A DNA stretch of 64,000 nucleotides, taken from an uncultured Clostridia bacterium. Its GTDB lineage: Bacteria > Bacillota > Clostridia > Oscillospirales > Ruminococcaceae. The notes beneath the pieces are model-generated. The model did not search any database, had not been told where the DNA came from, and worked only from the letters and a program-made list of their open reading frames with translations. Location: assembly GCA_947624375.1 (NCBI GenBank), contig CANQKD010000008.1, positions 1-64,000 on the forward strand. The letters are read 5' to 3'. Position 1 is the first letter of the stretch. Each line of letters begins with the position of its first letter. This document shows, one piece after another, positions 45,719-55,904 of the stretch. Position numbers and translations under genes: made by a program.

Positions 45719-47341
45719 ATGTTTGACAGATATTACCGCCCGTCAAAGCGCTTTTCCGCGTTGGGCATGATAAGCCTTATCGTGGCTTATATCGCGCTGG
45801 GCACCGCGCTTGCGTGGGTCTACCTGTGGATAAACAGAAAATGTACCATAGTTATGCTCAACGTTTTGGCCGCACTCGGCTATGGCGCAGTCATGGGCTT
45901 TGCCGGCAAGATGATAGTCAAGAAATTCAAGCTGCGCAACCCGACTATGGTGCTTTTAGCGCTCATCATCGGCATACTCGGCGCAACTTATGTAAAGTGG
46001 GCTATGTATGACTACTATGATTATAAGATGATAGCCGATCAGTATAATGAATATACAGACAGCGACATAAAATCTGATATGAGATCAGAAAAGGCTTATG
46101 AGCTTTTTGGAATGGCAGTTTTTGAAGAAGAGGGATATACATTTGATGAGAACTGGGATTTCCTCCAAAACAACGCATACGATTATATGAATCTGAAGGC
46201 TTTGTATAGTGGTACTACTTTGGAGGACGACGGATATACTGACGACGATATAAAAGAAATGAAAGACAGCACTCTTTATGAATGGTATTATTTTGACAAG
46301 GTCATGGGAAAAACTAAGGAAGAGTGTAAAAAGAACCTTGAAAAAGGCAAGGAGCTCAACGGTGTTGATTATGTTGAGTATAGAGGACTTGACTTGGACG
46401 ACTTTATTGAAGAATATTTTGGCGCTTACAGCGTGCCTTCATTTATTGAAGTCATTGCACACCCCGGCAATCTGTGGACAGATATAAAGCAGATAAATAA
46501 AGAGGGCAGATGGTCGTATTCTTCTTCGCCATCATATTCATCCACAACCACAAACAGCGAGTCTGTAAAGGGCGTTATGCTGTGGATAGTATGGATAGCC
46601 GAGCTGTTTGTAATAAACTTCTTCGCGCTCACCATAGCATATTCGCAGGCTAAAGAGATATTTATAGAGCAGGATAACGACTGGGCGCAGACCTACGACG
46701 GCAACAGGCTCACATTCAACCCCGTGGGCGGCAATCAGCTCAGATCGATGCTTGAAATGTCGGGCGACAATGTATCGAACCTTGTGCCTGTGGCAGCTTC
46801 CAGCCTCAGCGGCAGACCGTATCTGAAGCTTACCTTCTCGCACGCAAGAGATTTCTCTGAAGTGTACCTCAATGCCTACAGCATGACCTACAACCACAAG
46901 AACAGAAACTATGTGTCTTCCAAGGTGTTCACGGGCTTGAAGATAACCCCCAAGCAGGCAGGAATAGTTTTGTCAATGTTCAATATACCGCCTCAGGGCA
47001 GAATAGCTTCCGACCCCGAGTTTATAGAGTGGCAGAGAAGCGGCGGCGCTTACGGCGGCACTCAGCAGACAAGCGCAGCACCTCAGCAGGCTGCTGCCAA
47101 CATGGACGAAGCTGTAGAGACCTGCGGCAGCTGCGGCGTTCAGATACCTGCCGGCAAGAAGTTCTGCCCCAACTGCGGCGCACCCGTTGAAAGAACAGCA
47201 GCTTCCGAGCTTGACGGCGCACTTGATAAGCAGTCGTTTGAGGCGTGGAAGAAAGCCAGAAGCGGCGGCGTTGTTCACAGCGACGACCCCAATGAAATGG
47301 ACAGCATTTCTACCGACGATATAGATACTACAAATCTTTAA
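45719..47341 (+). CDS. Membrane protein with a C-terminal zinc-ribbon (CxxC...CxxC)
   Basis: 3 N-terminal TM helices, a long acidic D/E/Y-rich soluble region, a further TM helix, and C-terminal CGSCGVQIPAGKKFCPNCG. The ATG at 45719 follows the GGAGGA RBS. Confidence 0.5.
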   Translation: MFDRYYRPSKRFSALGMISLIVAYIALGTALAWVYLWINRKCTIVMLNVLAALGYGAVMGFAGKMIVKKFKLRNPTMVLLALIIGILGATYVKWAMYDYYDYKMIADQYNEYTDSDIKSDMRSEKAYELFGMAVFEEEGYTFDENWDFLQNNAYDYMNLKALYSGTTLEDDGYTDDDIKEMKDSTLYEWYYFDKVMGKTKEECKKNLEKGKELNGVDYVEYRGLDLDDFIEEYFGAYSVPSFIEVIAHPGNLWTDIKQINKEGRWSYSSSPSYSSTTTNSESVKGVMLWIVWIAELFVINFFALTIAYSQAKEIFIEQDNDWAQTYDGNRLTFNPVGGNQLRSMLEMSGDNVSNLVPVAASSLSGRPYLKLTFSHARDFSEVYLNAYSMTYNHKNRNYVSSKVFTGLKITPKQAGIVLSMFNIPPQGRIASDPEFIEWQRSGGAYGGTQQTSAAPQQAAANMDEAVETCGSCGVQIPAGKKFCPNCGAPVERTAASELDGALDKQSFEAWKKARSGGVVHSDDPNEMDSISTDDIDTTNL

Positions 47342-47406
47342 AAAACCACTGTGGCGGTACTGAACGTGCCGTCACTGTCTTTAGTATATTGACAGGAGGT
47401 AAACTT

Positions 47407-48057
47407 ATGGATAACAACGTAAAAACCATCATCAAAAAACGATTGGAGCGCACCGCAGAGGCACTTCGTAAAAACAATATGGCAGCGTATGTGTGCGATA
47501 CCAAAGAAGACGCTCTTAAACTTGTAGAGCAGCTTATGCCTCAGGGCTCGTCTGTCGGCTGCGGCGGCACGATGAGTATGCAGGAATGCGGCGTTACAGA
47601 CCTTGTGAAATCCGGCAAATATAACTTTATTGACCGCACAAAGTGGGAGAATACAGACGATTGCTATAAAGAAATGTACGGCGCCGACTTCTTCATTTCC
47701 TCGTCAAATGCCGTTACTGAGAGCGGCTTGCTCTATAACGTTGACGGCAACTCAAACCGTGTTTCAATGATAGCATACGGTCCTAAAAAAGTCATAATGC
47801 TGGTAGGTTATAATAAAATAGTCCACAGCCTCGATGATGCTGTAAGGCGCGTTAAAGAGATCGCCGCGCCTGCAAACTGCGTAAGGCTGGGCTGCAATAC
47901 ATACTGTGCCGAAAAAGGGGAGTGCATGGGGATAGACGGCGGCATGACCGACGGCTGCAAAGGCGATACCATATGCTGCAACTTCCTTATCAGCGCAAAA
48001 CAAAAGTTCAAAGACCGCATAAACGTTATACTCGTTGCCGAAGAGCTGGGGTATTAA
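47407..48057 (+). CDS. LUD-domain (lactate-utilisation LutC / YkgG-like) protein
   Basis: 217 aa. The overall pattern matches DUF162/LUD proteins. RBS AGGAGG. Confidence 0.65.
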   Translation: MDNNVKTIIKKRLERTAEALRKNNMAAYVCDTKEDALKLVEQLMPQGSSVGCGGTMSMQECGVTDLVKSGKYNFIDRTKWENTDDCYKEMYGADFFISSSNAVTESGLLYNVDGNSNRVSMIAYGPKKVIMLVGYNKIVHSLDDAVRRVKEIAAPANCVRLGCNTYCAEKGECMGIDGGMTDGCKGDTICCNFLISAKQKFKDRINVILVAEELGY

Positions 48058-48227
48058 AACCGCATAAAATAAGAGCCGAGGCTGCTGTGACTATTTAACG
48101 AAAAAGATGAAAATGCAACAAGAATTACGGTTTTGTTTTCCGAAAGGCTTCTGACTTTCAGAAAACAAAATCGCCGACCCAATAAAGTCGGCGAAGTAAT
48201 TTTTGTGCACTACTAACTTTAAAAAAC

Positions 48228-48290
48228 GTGGAAAAAGACCCTTTAGGGTCTTTTTTGGCACTTTGACCGATGAAAGCGGTCAAAGTGTGC
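48228..48290. terminator. Bidirectional terminator: two hairpins (agaccctttagggtct and ggcactttgaccg...cggtcaaagtgtgcc)
   Basis: Perfect stems with flanking T/A runs, sitting between convergent genes. Confidence 0.6.
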
Positions 48291-48305
48291 CGTGGCTCTT
48301 TCTTT

Positions 48306-48629
48306 TTATATTTTTTCAATGTCTTTTGTGAATATGTCGGGCACGCCCCGCGCCGAAAGCTCCGACCGCTGCTGCGGCGTAAGCGGCAGTGTGCACCCTT
48401 TGCCGCTGACAGGGTATTTTCCGCTTTCAATATCTGCGTAAAGACTGCCAACATATTCAAGCCAGCGGCTCGCGTATTTTTCGGGGTCGATCACCTCAAA
48501 AAAATCATATCCGCCTGCGCTGTAAAATGCCGTCAGCGCATCTTCAAGACTGTCAAAGCAGCCGCTCGGAAGTGCAAGATCTTCGTCGTCCCACTGTGCA
48601 TACCCTACTTTATCCGCAGTTTCGAGCAT
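48306..48629 (-). CDS. Hypothetical acidic protein co-transcribed downstream of pepF
   Basis: 107-aa ORF beginning 4 nt after the pepF stop. No motif recognised. Confidence 0.45.
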   Translation of the reverse strand: MLETADKVGYAQWDDEDLALPSGCFDSLEDALTAFYSAGGYDFFEVIDPEKYASRWLEYVGSLYADIESGKYPVSGKGCTLPLTPQQRSELSARGVPDIFTKDIEKI

Positions 48630-48632
48630 TTT

Positions 48633-50435
48633 TTACTCCTCCATAAGGCTTTCCATTTCGTCAAGCAGCTCGCCCATAAGCGCAATTGCCTCGTTTATCG
48701 GCTGCGCCGTAGCCATGTCAACACCTGCACCGCGCAAAAGCTCAATAGGCGTTTTGCTGCACCCACCTTTCAGAAACTCCTTGTAATGCTCTGCCGCCTC
48801 TTTGCCGCCTTGCAGAATCCTTTGCGAAAGCGCAATGGCAGCCGCATAGCCGGTAGAATACTGATACACATAAAAGTTGTAGTAAAAATGCGGAATCCTA
48901 GCCCACTCCATGGCAATTTCTTCGTCGATAACTATGTCGTCGCCAAAGTACAGCTTGTTGAGTTCTCTGTAAATGTCGCGCAGAACTTCTTCTGTCAGGC
49001 TCTCGCCGCGCTGTGTCATCTCGTTTATTTTCAGCTCAAACTCCGCAAACATCGTCTGCCTGAAAAGCGTCGTGCGAAACTGCTCCAGGAAGTAGTTTAT
49101 CAGAAACGCCCTGCGCTTTTTGTCTGTTGACTTTTTCAGAAGATACTGCATAAGCAGCGCCTCGTTGCAGGTAGATGCCACTTCCGCCACAAAAATAACA
49201 TAGTCGCTGTATGTCACAGGCTGATTTTTGTTTGAAAGATATGAGTGTATCGCGTGACCCATTTCGTGCGCCACGGTAAATTCGCTGTCAAGCGTTCCGC
49301 TGTAGTTGAGAAGCACGAACGGGTGAACGCGCGCCCCTGCCGAGTAAGCCCCTGAGCATTTTCCCTCGTTTTCGTAAACATCGCACCAGCCCGAAGAAAA
49401 TCCCTCGTCAAGTATCGCGATATAGTCCTCGCCAAGCACCGATAGCGCATCTTTTATCTCTTTTTTCGCATCTTCGTAAGATATCTTCACATCACACTCG
49501 GGCACGATAGGCGTGTAAAGGTCGTAAAAATGCAGTTCGTCAACGCCAAGCAGCTTCTTTCTCAGCCGCACATATCTGTACATCTGCCCCATATTCGCGT
49601 GTACGGCTTCTATCAGATTTTTGTACACCGAAACAGGTATCTCGTTGCCGTCAAGCGCCGCCTCCAGCGCAGAGGGGTACTTTCTCGCTTTTGCAATAAA
49701 GTCAAGCTTTTTGGTCTGCGCACTAAGCGTTGCAGCCATGGTATTCTTAAAAGAAGTATACGTGCTGTACATTGATTTGAACGCACTTTCGCGCAGCTTT
49801 CTGTCGGGCGACTGCATGAGCGAAATATATGTGCCGTGCGTTACCTGATGCGCCTTGCCCTCGCTGTCTGTAGCATCCGGGAATTTCAGATCGGCATCTG
49901 AGAACATATTGAATATATTTTCGGGCGCCTGCCCAAGCTCAGCTGAAAGCGAAAGTATGCGCTCCTCGGCATCTGAAAGTATGTGCTCTCTCTGCCTGCG
50001 TATGCGTGAGAGCGCCAGCCTGTAAAGCTCCAGCCTCGGCTCTTGCTTGTAAAAGCTTTCAAGCGTTTCATCACTGATAGATACTATCTCCGGCGACATA
50101 AACGAACAGCGGCTATTCAGCTGCACTATCACAGACATCAGTCTGCCGCACAGATCCTGATACTTTGAAACGCGCGTGTCCTCGTCCGATTTCCTTTGCG
50201 CGTAGTTTATCAGCGAATCGGCAACAACGCTTATTTTGTCATCGCACTGCAAACAGTCATATAAAGCCTGTGCACTCTGTGAAAGTTTTCCTTTGTAGCT
50301 TTCAAGCTCCTCGCCGTATGCCGCCAGCTTTTTAAGGTCTTCCTCCCATGCCTCATCAGTGGGGTATAGGTCATTTATCGCCCATTTTGTTTCATCGGGC
50401 AATTCACTTCTCTGCGGTACTCTGTTTTCAGCCAT
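48633..50435 (-). CDS. pepF: Oligoendopeptidase F (M3B)
   Basis: HEMGH zinc motif within VAHEMGHAIHSYL. Length is 600 aa. Confidence 0.9.
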   Translation of the reverse strand: MAENRVPQRSELPDETKWAINDLYPTDEAWEEDLKKLAAYGEELESYKGKLSQSAQALYDCLQCDDKISVVADSLINYAQRKSDEDTRVSKYQDLCGRLMSVIVQLNSRCSFMSPEIVSISDETLESFYKQEPRLELYRLALSRIRRQREHILSDAEERILSLSAELGQAPENIFNMFSDADLKFPDATDSEGKAHQVTHGTYISLMQSPDRKLRESAFKSMYSTYTSFKNTMAATLSAQTKKLDFIAKARKYPSALEAALDGNEIPVSVYKNLIEAVHANMGQMYRYVRLRKKLLGVDELHFYDLYTPIVPECDVKISYEDAKKEIKDALSVLGEDYIAILDEGFSSGWCDVYENEGKCSGAYSAGARVHPFVLLNYSGTLDSEFTVAHEMGHAIHSYLSNKNQPVTYSDYVIFVAEVASTCNEALLMQYLLKKSTDKKRRAFLINYFLEQFRTTLFRQTMFAEFELKINEMTQRGESLTEEVLRDIYRELNKLYFGDDIVIDEEIAMEWARIPHFYYNFYVYQYSTGYAAAIALSQRILQGGKEAAEHYKEFLKGGCSKTPIELLRGAGVDMATAQPINEAIALMGELLDEMESLMEE

Positions 50436-50503
50436 AATATCACTCCTAAAAGGTTACTAATAACAGTATACCACGCTTTTTTCAAAACTTCAATACCGAG
50501 GCG

Positions 50504-50665
50504 TTATTTTTTGTTTTCGTGGCAGGCGGAGCAGTTCGGGCAGCAGCCGCAGTTGCAGCCGCAGCTTTTCTTGCCTTTTTTCTTGTCCTTTACTATTGAT
50601 ATTATTATGCCTATAACTATCGCGGCTATCACGATAAGCACAGCCACAGTTCCTAAGTATTCCAT
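50504..50665 (-). CDS. FeoB-associated Cys-rich small membrane protein
   Basis: 53 aa from MEYLG. One TM helix and a C-terminal CGCNCGCCPNCSACH. RBS GGGAGA. It lies immediately downstream of feoB. Confidence 0.65.
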   Translation of the reverse strand: MEYLGTVAVLIVIAAIVIGIIISIVKDKKKGKKSCGCNCGCCPNCSACHENKK

Positions 50666-50777
50666 AATACGCATCTCCCGTTTGTATAGTGTTATAACGC
50701 CCTCTGCCATTGCGACAGAAGACGTCATAACTGCTGTTTTGTTTTGTATGATGAAGAGATCTTTTAGCTTTATGATG

Positions 50778-53279
50778 TTACGCTTTTACCCTTACGCTTC
50801 TTGTAAGTTTTGTACTTTCTTTGTACGGTCTGAAAAGCATATAGAGCAGTGCAATAATTATCGCGCAGGCGGCTATCATGCCTATAACGCTGCCGTCACC
50901 TGCGATAAGCGAACCTATCTGGTATACGCACAGTGAAATTATGTATGCAAAACCACATTCATAACCAATGGCGAACCAAGTCCACTTTGCGCTGTTCATC
51001 TCACGCTTTATAGCGCCTATCGCAGCAAAGCAGGGTGCGCACAGCAGGTTGAATATCAGAAATGATAGTCCGCTTGCCGCCGTGAAAGCCGCCGCCATGT
51101 TGGTGTAAGCCATTTCGCCGCCGTAAAGTATGCCCATAGTGCCGACGATGTTTTCTTTCGCCACAAGACCTGTTACCGCCGCAACGGTCGCCTGCCATGT
51201 GCCCCAGCCCAAGGGTTTGAATACCCACGCAAACGCGCTGCCTATGTATGCAAGTATGCTGTGCTGCATCTCGTCCTCGCTGAGCATTCTGAAGCTGCCG
51301 TCAACAAAGCCGAAGAACGATGTGAACCATACAAGTATCGTAGAGAGAAGTATTATAGTACCTGCCCTCTTTATGAACGACCAGCCTCTCTCCCACATCG
51401 AGCGAAGAACGTTTGAAACCGTAGGCATATGGTAAGCAGGAAGCTCCATAACAAACGGCGCAGGGTCGCCCGAGAAAGGCTTTGTTTTTTTGAGGATTAT
51501 TCCCGAAATGATTATCGCCGCAACACCTATGAAGTATGAAGAAGTTGCCACCCAGGGTGAGCCGCCGAACAGCGCACCTGCTATCATGCCTATGAACGGC
51601 ACTTTCGCACCGCAGGGGATAAACGTGGTAGTCATTATCGTCATGCGGCGGTCGCGCTCGTTCTCTATTGTGCGGCTTGCCATAATGCCCGGTACGCCGC
51701 AGCCCGTGCCTATCAGCATGGGTATGAAGCTCTTTCCCGAAAGCCCGAATTTTCTGAATATCCTGTCCATTACGAATGCTATTCGCGCCATGTAGCCGCA
51801 CGCTTCCAAAAATGCAAGGAATATGAACAGTACAAGCATTTGCGGCACAAAGCCCAGCACCGCGCCAACACCTGCAACTATTCCGTCCAGTACCAGCCCT
51901 TTCAGCCAGTCTGCGCAGTTTATCGCATCAAGACCGCTTTCTATAAGCACAGGTATTCCCGGTACCCATACGCCGTAGTTGGCAGGGTCTGGCGCGCCGC
52001 CGTATTTTGCGTAAAGCTCTATTGCCCCTGCAAGGTCAGCCCCCGTGAAAGTCGCATCTTCCGTCTGCAAAGTTTCCTCGTCTTGCAGCGTTACTACCGC
52101 CGTGTCAGCTTCTGCGAACATTGCCGACAGATCATTCAGAGCCTTGTTTGCTTCTTCTGTGCTGTAGCCCTCAGCCTCGGCGTCAACCGCGCTTTCTATC
52201 GCAGAAACGTCTTTGCCGTCTTCCTGCGCCTTTGCAATAAATCCGCTTATTATCGCATCACTGTCGCCGTATTCTTCCGCGGCTTCTTCATAAGCGGCAG
52301 AGCCTATGCCCAGCAGATGCCAGCCGTCGCCGAAAAGCCCGTCGTTTGCCCAGTCGGTCGCCGCCGAGCCTACCGTCACCATTGAAACATAGTAAACTAT
52401 GAACATCACAAGCGCAAATATCGGCAGCCCCAGAAACCTGTTGGTAACTATCTTGTCTATCTTGTCAGAGACCGTCGCCGCGCCTGCGCTCTTCTTTTTA
52501 AGGCACGCGCCCGTAATAGATGCTATGTATGTGTATCTCTCGTTTGTTATAATGCTCTGCGAGTCGTCGTCAAGCTGCTGTTCAACGCCCGAAATGCAGC
52601 TCTCTATGCTTTCAAGGTCGGCAGCACTCAGCGACATACTCTCCATTACCTTTTCGTCGCGCTCGAAAAGCTTTACAGCATACCAGCGGCGAATGTTTTC
52701 CTCCATACCGCCTAGGCATATGTTTTCTATCTGCGATATAGCGTTCTCAATGCTTTCAGAAAAATCTTTTGTAGAGGGCTTTGCTTTACCTGTTTGCGCC
52801 TCTTCCACAGCCATATCAGCTGCCGCCGAAACGCCCGTGCCTTTCAGTGCCGATATCTCGACTACCTTGCAGCCAAGCCGCTGTGAGAGCTTTTTTATGT
52901 CGATCTTGTCGCCGTTTTTGCGAACTATGTCTATCATGTTCACCGCCGCCACAACGGGTATGCCAAGTTCCAGCAGCTGCGTTGTAAGATACAGATTTCT
53001 CTCCAGATTCGTGCCGTCTATAATGTTAAGAATAGCATCGGGCTTTTCCTCTATAAGATAATTTCTCGCCACTACCTCCTCCAGAGTGTAAGGGGAGAGC
53101 GAGTAGATCCCCGGAAGGTCGGTCAGAGTTACATCCTCGTGACCTTTCAGCTTGCCCTCTTTTTTCTCTACAGTAACGCCCGGCCAGTTGCCTACGTACT
53201 GATTCATTCCGGTAAGCGCGTTGAAAAGCGTAGTCTTGCCGGTGTTGGGGTTTCCTGCAAGAGCTATTTTTATCGCCAT
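50778..53279 (-). CDS. feoB: Ferrous iron transporter FeoB
   Basis: N-terminal G-domain GNPNTGKTTLFNALTG, followed by a large polytopic membrane domain. Confidence 0.9.
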   Translation of the reverse strand: MAIKIALAGNPNTGKTTLFNALTGMNQYVGNWPGVTVEKKEGKLKGHEDVTLTDLPGIYSLSPYTLEEVVARNYLIEEKPDAILNIIDGTNLERNLYLTTQLLELGIPVVAAVNMIDIVRKNGDKIDIKKLSQRLGCKVVEISALKGTGVSAAADMAVEEAQTGKAKPSTKDFSESIENAISQIENICLGGMEENIRRWYAVKLFERDEKVMESMSLSAADLESIESCISGVEQQLDDDSQSIITNERYTYIASITGACLKKKSAGAATVSDKIDKIVTNRFLGLPIFALVMFIVYYVSMVTVGSAATDWANDGLFGDGWHLLGIGSAAYEEAAEEYGDSDAIISGFIAKAQEDGKDVSAIESAVDAEAEGYSTEEANKALNDLSAMFAEADTAVVTLQDEETLQTEDATFTGADLAGAIELYAKYGGAPDPANYGVWVPGIPVLIESGLDAINCADWLKGLVLDGIVAGVGAVLGFVPQMLVLFIFLAFLEACGYMARIAFVMDRIFRKFGLSGKSFIPMLIGTGCGVPGIMASRTIENERDRRMTIMTTTFIPCGAKVPFIGMIAGALFGGSPWVATSSYFIGVAAIIISGIILKKTKPFSGDPAPFVMELPAYHMPTVSNVLRSMWERGWSFIKRAGTIILLSTILVWFTSFFGFVDGSFRMLSEDEMQHSILAYIGSAFAWVFKPLGWGTWQATVAAVTGLVAKENIVGTMGILYGGEMAYTNMAAAFTAASGLSFLIFNLLCAPCFAAIGAIKREMNSAKWTWFAIGYECGFAYIISLCVYQIGSLIAGDGSVIGMIAACAIIIALLYMLFRPYKESTKLTRSVRVKA

Positions 53280-53340
53280 AATATCAGTCCTTTCAAAAAT
53301 ATTGTTAGCCTATGCTAACTCACACCGCAAAAAAAATAAG

Positions 53341-53562
53341 TCATTCAACTTCAATGCTTTCGGCATCAGCCTTGCGAAGTGAAAGCTCGTATCCGCGCAC
53401 GGTAACTTCAATGGGGTCGCCCAGCGGTGCTACCTTGCGAACATAAACGCTCACGCCTTTGGTTATGCCCATGTCCATTATCCTGCGCTTTACAGCGCCC
53501 TCGCCGCCAAGCTTTTTCACCCTTACGGTGTCGCCTATCTTAGCTTCTTTAAGTGTCGGCAT
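53341..53562 (-). CDS. feoA: FeoA (copy 2)
   Basis: 73 aa with an SH3-like FeoA pattern (G..V.V..L....RR.MDMGI..G..V). Confidence 0.8.
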   Translation of the reverse strand: MPTLKEAKIGDTVRVKKLGGEGAVKRRIMDMGITKGVSVYVRKVAPLGDPIEVTVRGYELSLRKADAESIEVE

Positions 53563-53585
53563 AAAATTACCTCCCTTTATATCTG

Positions 53586-53804
53586 TTATATCATTATCTT
53601 TATCGCCATTTCTTTTGAAACGGCAACGCGGCTGTCCTTAACGCTTACGATGACATTGCCGCCCACTTCGCTCACTATCGTCACCGTGCCGCCCACAACG
53701 AACCCTAAGCTTTCAAGAAACTTTCTCGTCTGAGGGTTTCCGCCTATCTTCTTTATAACGCAGCTTGTGCCTGTCTGTGCAAGCGTAAGAGGCATAAATA
53801 TCAC
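53586..53804 (-). CDS. feoA: FeoA (copy 1)
   Basis: 72 aa with the FeoA pattern (G....I.KI.G...RKFLESLGFV.G..V). Confidence 0.8.
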   Translation of the reverse strand: MIFMPLTLAQTGTSCVIKKIGGNPQTRKFLESLGFVVGGTVTIVSEVGGNVIVSVKDSRVAVSKEMAIKIMI

Positions 53805-53814
53805 TCCTTGTCGT

Positions 53815-53940
53815 TTTGGTTAGCCTTGCCTAACTCTAATATAAATATACACCGCCGCGCCGCCGTTGTCAACAAAAATATGCCGCGTATTCTTAAAAAT
53901 TGTATACGTAAACAAATCTCGGTTAGCTTTTGCTAACTAT
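53815..53940. promoter_or_regulatory. feo promoter region with two GTTAGC-N4-GCTAAC-type palindromes (53818-53833 and 53921-53936). A third sits inside the operon at 53309-53324
   Basis: The three sites are ttagccttgcctaa, ttagcttttgctaa and ttagcctatgctaa. They resemble DtxR/IdeR-type half-sites but with a different spacing. Confidence 0.4.
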
Positions 53941-54047
53941 TTTTGTACATAAGCACAATAGGTGTAAACCTCTCATTTGCTCTTGCAAAATGCCGCGCCC
54001 TGTGTTATAATAGGTATGACAAAATTTTTGCAAAGGGTGTTTTTAAT

Positions 54048-54710
54048 ATGCAAGAGCTTTCTTACAAGGAGAAATTCATAAAGTTTATGGTTGACAGCGG
54101 TGTTCTGATGTTCGGCGAGTTTACGCTCAAAAGCGGAAGGATCGCGCCGTATTTTATGAACGCGGGCAACTATAAAACAGGCGCACAGCTTGCAAGACTG
54201 GGCGAATTTTATGCCGACTGTATACACGAGAACAATATTGAAGTGCAAACACTTTTCGGTCCTGCCTATAAGGGCATACCCCTCGCGACTGCCGCTTCTG
54301 TTGCTCTTTATAATAAGTATGGCATAGATGCTTCCTATTGTTTTGACCGCAAGGAAGTCAAAGATCACGGCGAGGGCGGAATGTTCGTCGGCGCGCAGCT
54401 GGGTGACGGCGATAAGGTAGTTATTATAGAAGACGTTATGACCTCCGGCAAGGCGCTGAGAGAGGTGCTGCCAAAGCTGAAAGGCGCGGCAAATGTTGAT
54501 ATAACCGCCATGATAATTACCGTTGACAGAATGGAAAAAGCCCTCGGCAGCGATAAAAGCGCGGTGCAGGACGCATATGACGAGTTCGGCGTCAAGGTGT
54601 ACCCGATAGTTACCGTAAAGGATATTATAAAAGCTATAGAAGACGGCGTTATAGGGGGCAGGGAATATCTCGGCAAAATGCGCGATTACCTCGATTCCTA
54701 CGGCGCATAA
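54048..54710 (+). CDS. pyrE: Orotate phosphoribosyltransferase
   Basis: PRPP-binding motif VVIIEDVMTSG. Start at MQELSYKE. Confidence 0.9.
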   Translation: MQELSYKEKFIKFMVDSGVLMFGEFTLKSGRIAPYFMNAGNYKTGAQLARLGEFYADCIHENNIEVQTLFGPAYKGIPLATAASVALYNKYGIDASYCFDRKEVKDHGEGGMFVGAQLGDGDKVVIIEDVMTSGKALREVLPKLKGAANVDITAMIITVDRMEKALGSDKSAVQDAYDEFGVKVYPIVTVKDIIKAIEDGVIGGREYLGKMRDYLDSYGA

Positions 54711-55165
54711 TGAAAGTCGAATATGCAAAGCAGGAGTATATCTCCTCTTGGATGAAACTTGTGCAGCAAGTCCGCTTAAGCTTTCCGGGGCTTGAAACGG
54801 ATCAGGGTCTTAACGAATATAAAGATACCGTACTGCGGTTTATGTCTGATGACCGCGCTCTGTGTGTAAGAAAAGGGACGGATATAGTCGGCGTTTTGCT
54901 TTTTTCAAAAAAGCATAATATGATCTGCTGTCTTGCGGTCGCTTCCGATCTTCGCAGACAAGGTATAGCTTCTGCGCTTCTTTCCGAGGCGATAAATAAT
55001 TTGGATAAATCGCAGGATATTACCGTTTCCACTTTCCGCGAGGGCGACCCGAAAGGCATTGCACCGCGCGCTCTGTATCGGGCTTTTGGCTTTGTAGAGG
55101 GTGATCTAATAGAAGAATTCGGTTATCCTAATCAGCGGTTTATTCTGCCGGCAACAATGAAATAA
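54710..55165 (+). CDS. GNAT-family N-acetyltransferase
   Basis: Acetyl-CoA-binding motif RRQGIASALL (Q/RxxGxA/G). Confidence 0.7.
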   Translation: MKVEYAKQEYISSWMKLVQQVRLSFPGLETDQGLNEYKDTVLRFMSDDRALCVRKGTDIVGVLLFSKKHNMICCLAVASDLRRQGIASALLSEAINNLDKSQDITVSTFREGDPKGIAPRALYRAFGFVEGDLIEEFGYPNQRFILPATMK

Positions 55166-55208
55166 AATACGGAGCTGAATCAAAATCAGTATCTGCGGAG
55201 GTTAGCGA

Positions 55209-55766
55209 ATGGGCACGGGCATACTTGTCTGCGGTCTGAACGGCAGCGGTAAAAGTACACTGGGCAAAGCTCTGGCGAAAGCTCTTGAACTTCATTTTAT
55301 AGATAATGAAGATATGTTCTTCCCCAAAACAGACCCCGATCATATCTATGCTTCTCCTCGCCCCAAAAGTGAAGTTGAACGGCTTCTTATGAGCGAGGTC
55401 ACAGCGCATGAAAACTTTGTATTTGCAGCCGTTCATGGTGATTACGGCAAAGATATAATCGCACTTTACGATCTTGCAATACTTGTTGAAGTCCCCAGAG
55501 ATATCAGAATGCAGAGGGTGAGAGACCGCTCTTTTCAAAAGTTCGGCAGCAGAATGCTCAGTAGCGGCGATCTGTATGAGCAGGAGGAGCAGTTTTTTCA
55601 GCTTGTAAGCAGCAGACCCGAAGATATGACCGAAAAATGGCTGCAAACTCTGCAATGCCCCATTATAAAGGTAGACGGCACTAAGCCGGTGGAAGAAAAT
55701 ATAAACATCATTCAAAGGCACTTACACAAAGAAAAAAAGGACTACATAAAGCAGTCCTTTAAATAA
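55209..55766 (+). CDS. P-loop NTPase / kinase-like protein (shikimate/adenylate-kinase fold)
   Basis: Walker A GLNGSGKST. Confidence 0.55.
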   Translation: MGTGILVCGLNGSGKSTLGKALAKALELHFIDNEDMFFPKTDPDHIYASPRPKSEVERLLMSEVTAHENFVFAAVHGDYGKDIIALYDLAILVEVPRDIRMQRVRDRSFQKFGSRMLSSGDLYEQEEQFFQLVSSRPEDMTEKWLQTLQCPIIKVDGTKPVEENINIIQRHLHKEKKDYIKQSFK

Positions 55767-55904
55767 AACAATTTATATTTGGAGAGGATGAAACGAGTAT
55801 AATTACTCTTCACTTATTATTATACTCATTTTTCACCGCAACGCAACAACAATTCCGTTACAATTTATGACAATTTGATTACATTATGAAAAGGGTGATG
55901 AGGC

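Noticed and set aside
48158-49130. ORFs 48158-48460 (minus strand) and 48270-49130 (plus strand)
   Set aside because: The plus-strand ORF is antisense to pepF. The minus-strand ORF overlaps the terminator and the better-supported 48306-48629 gene.
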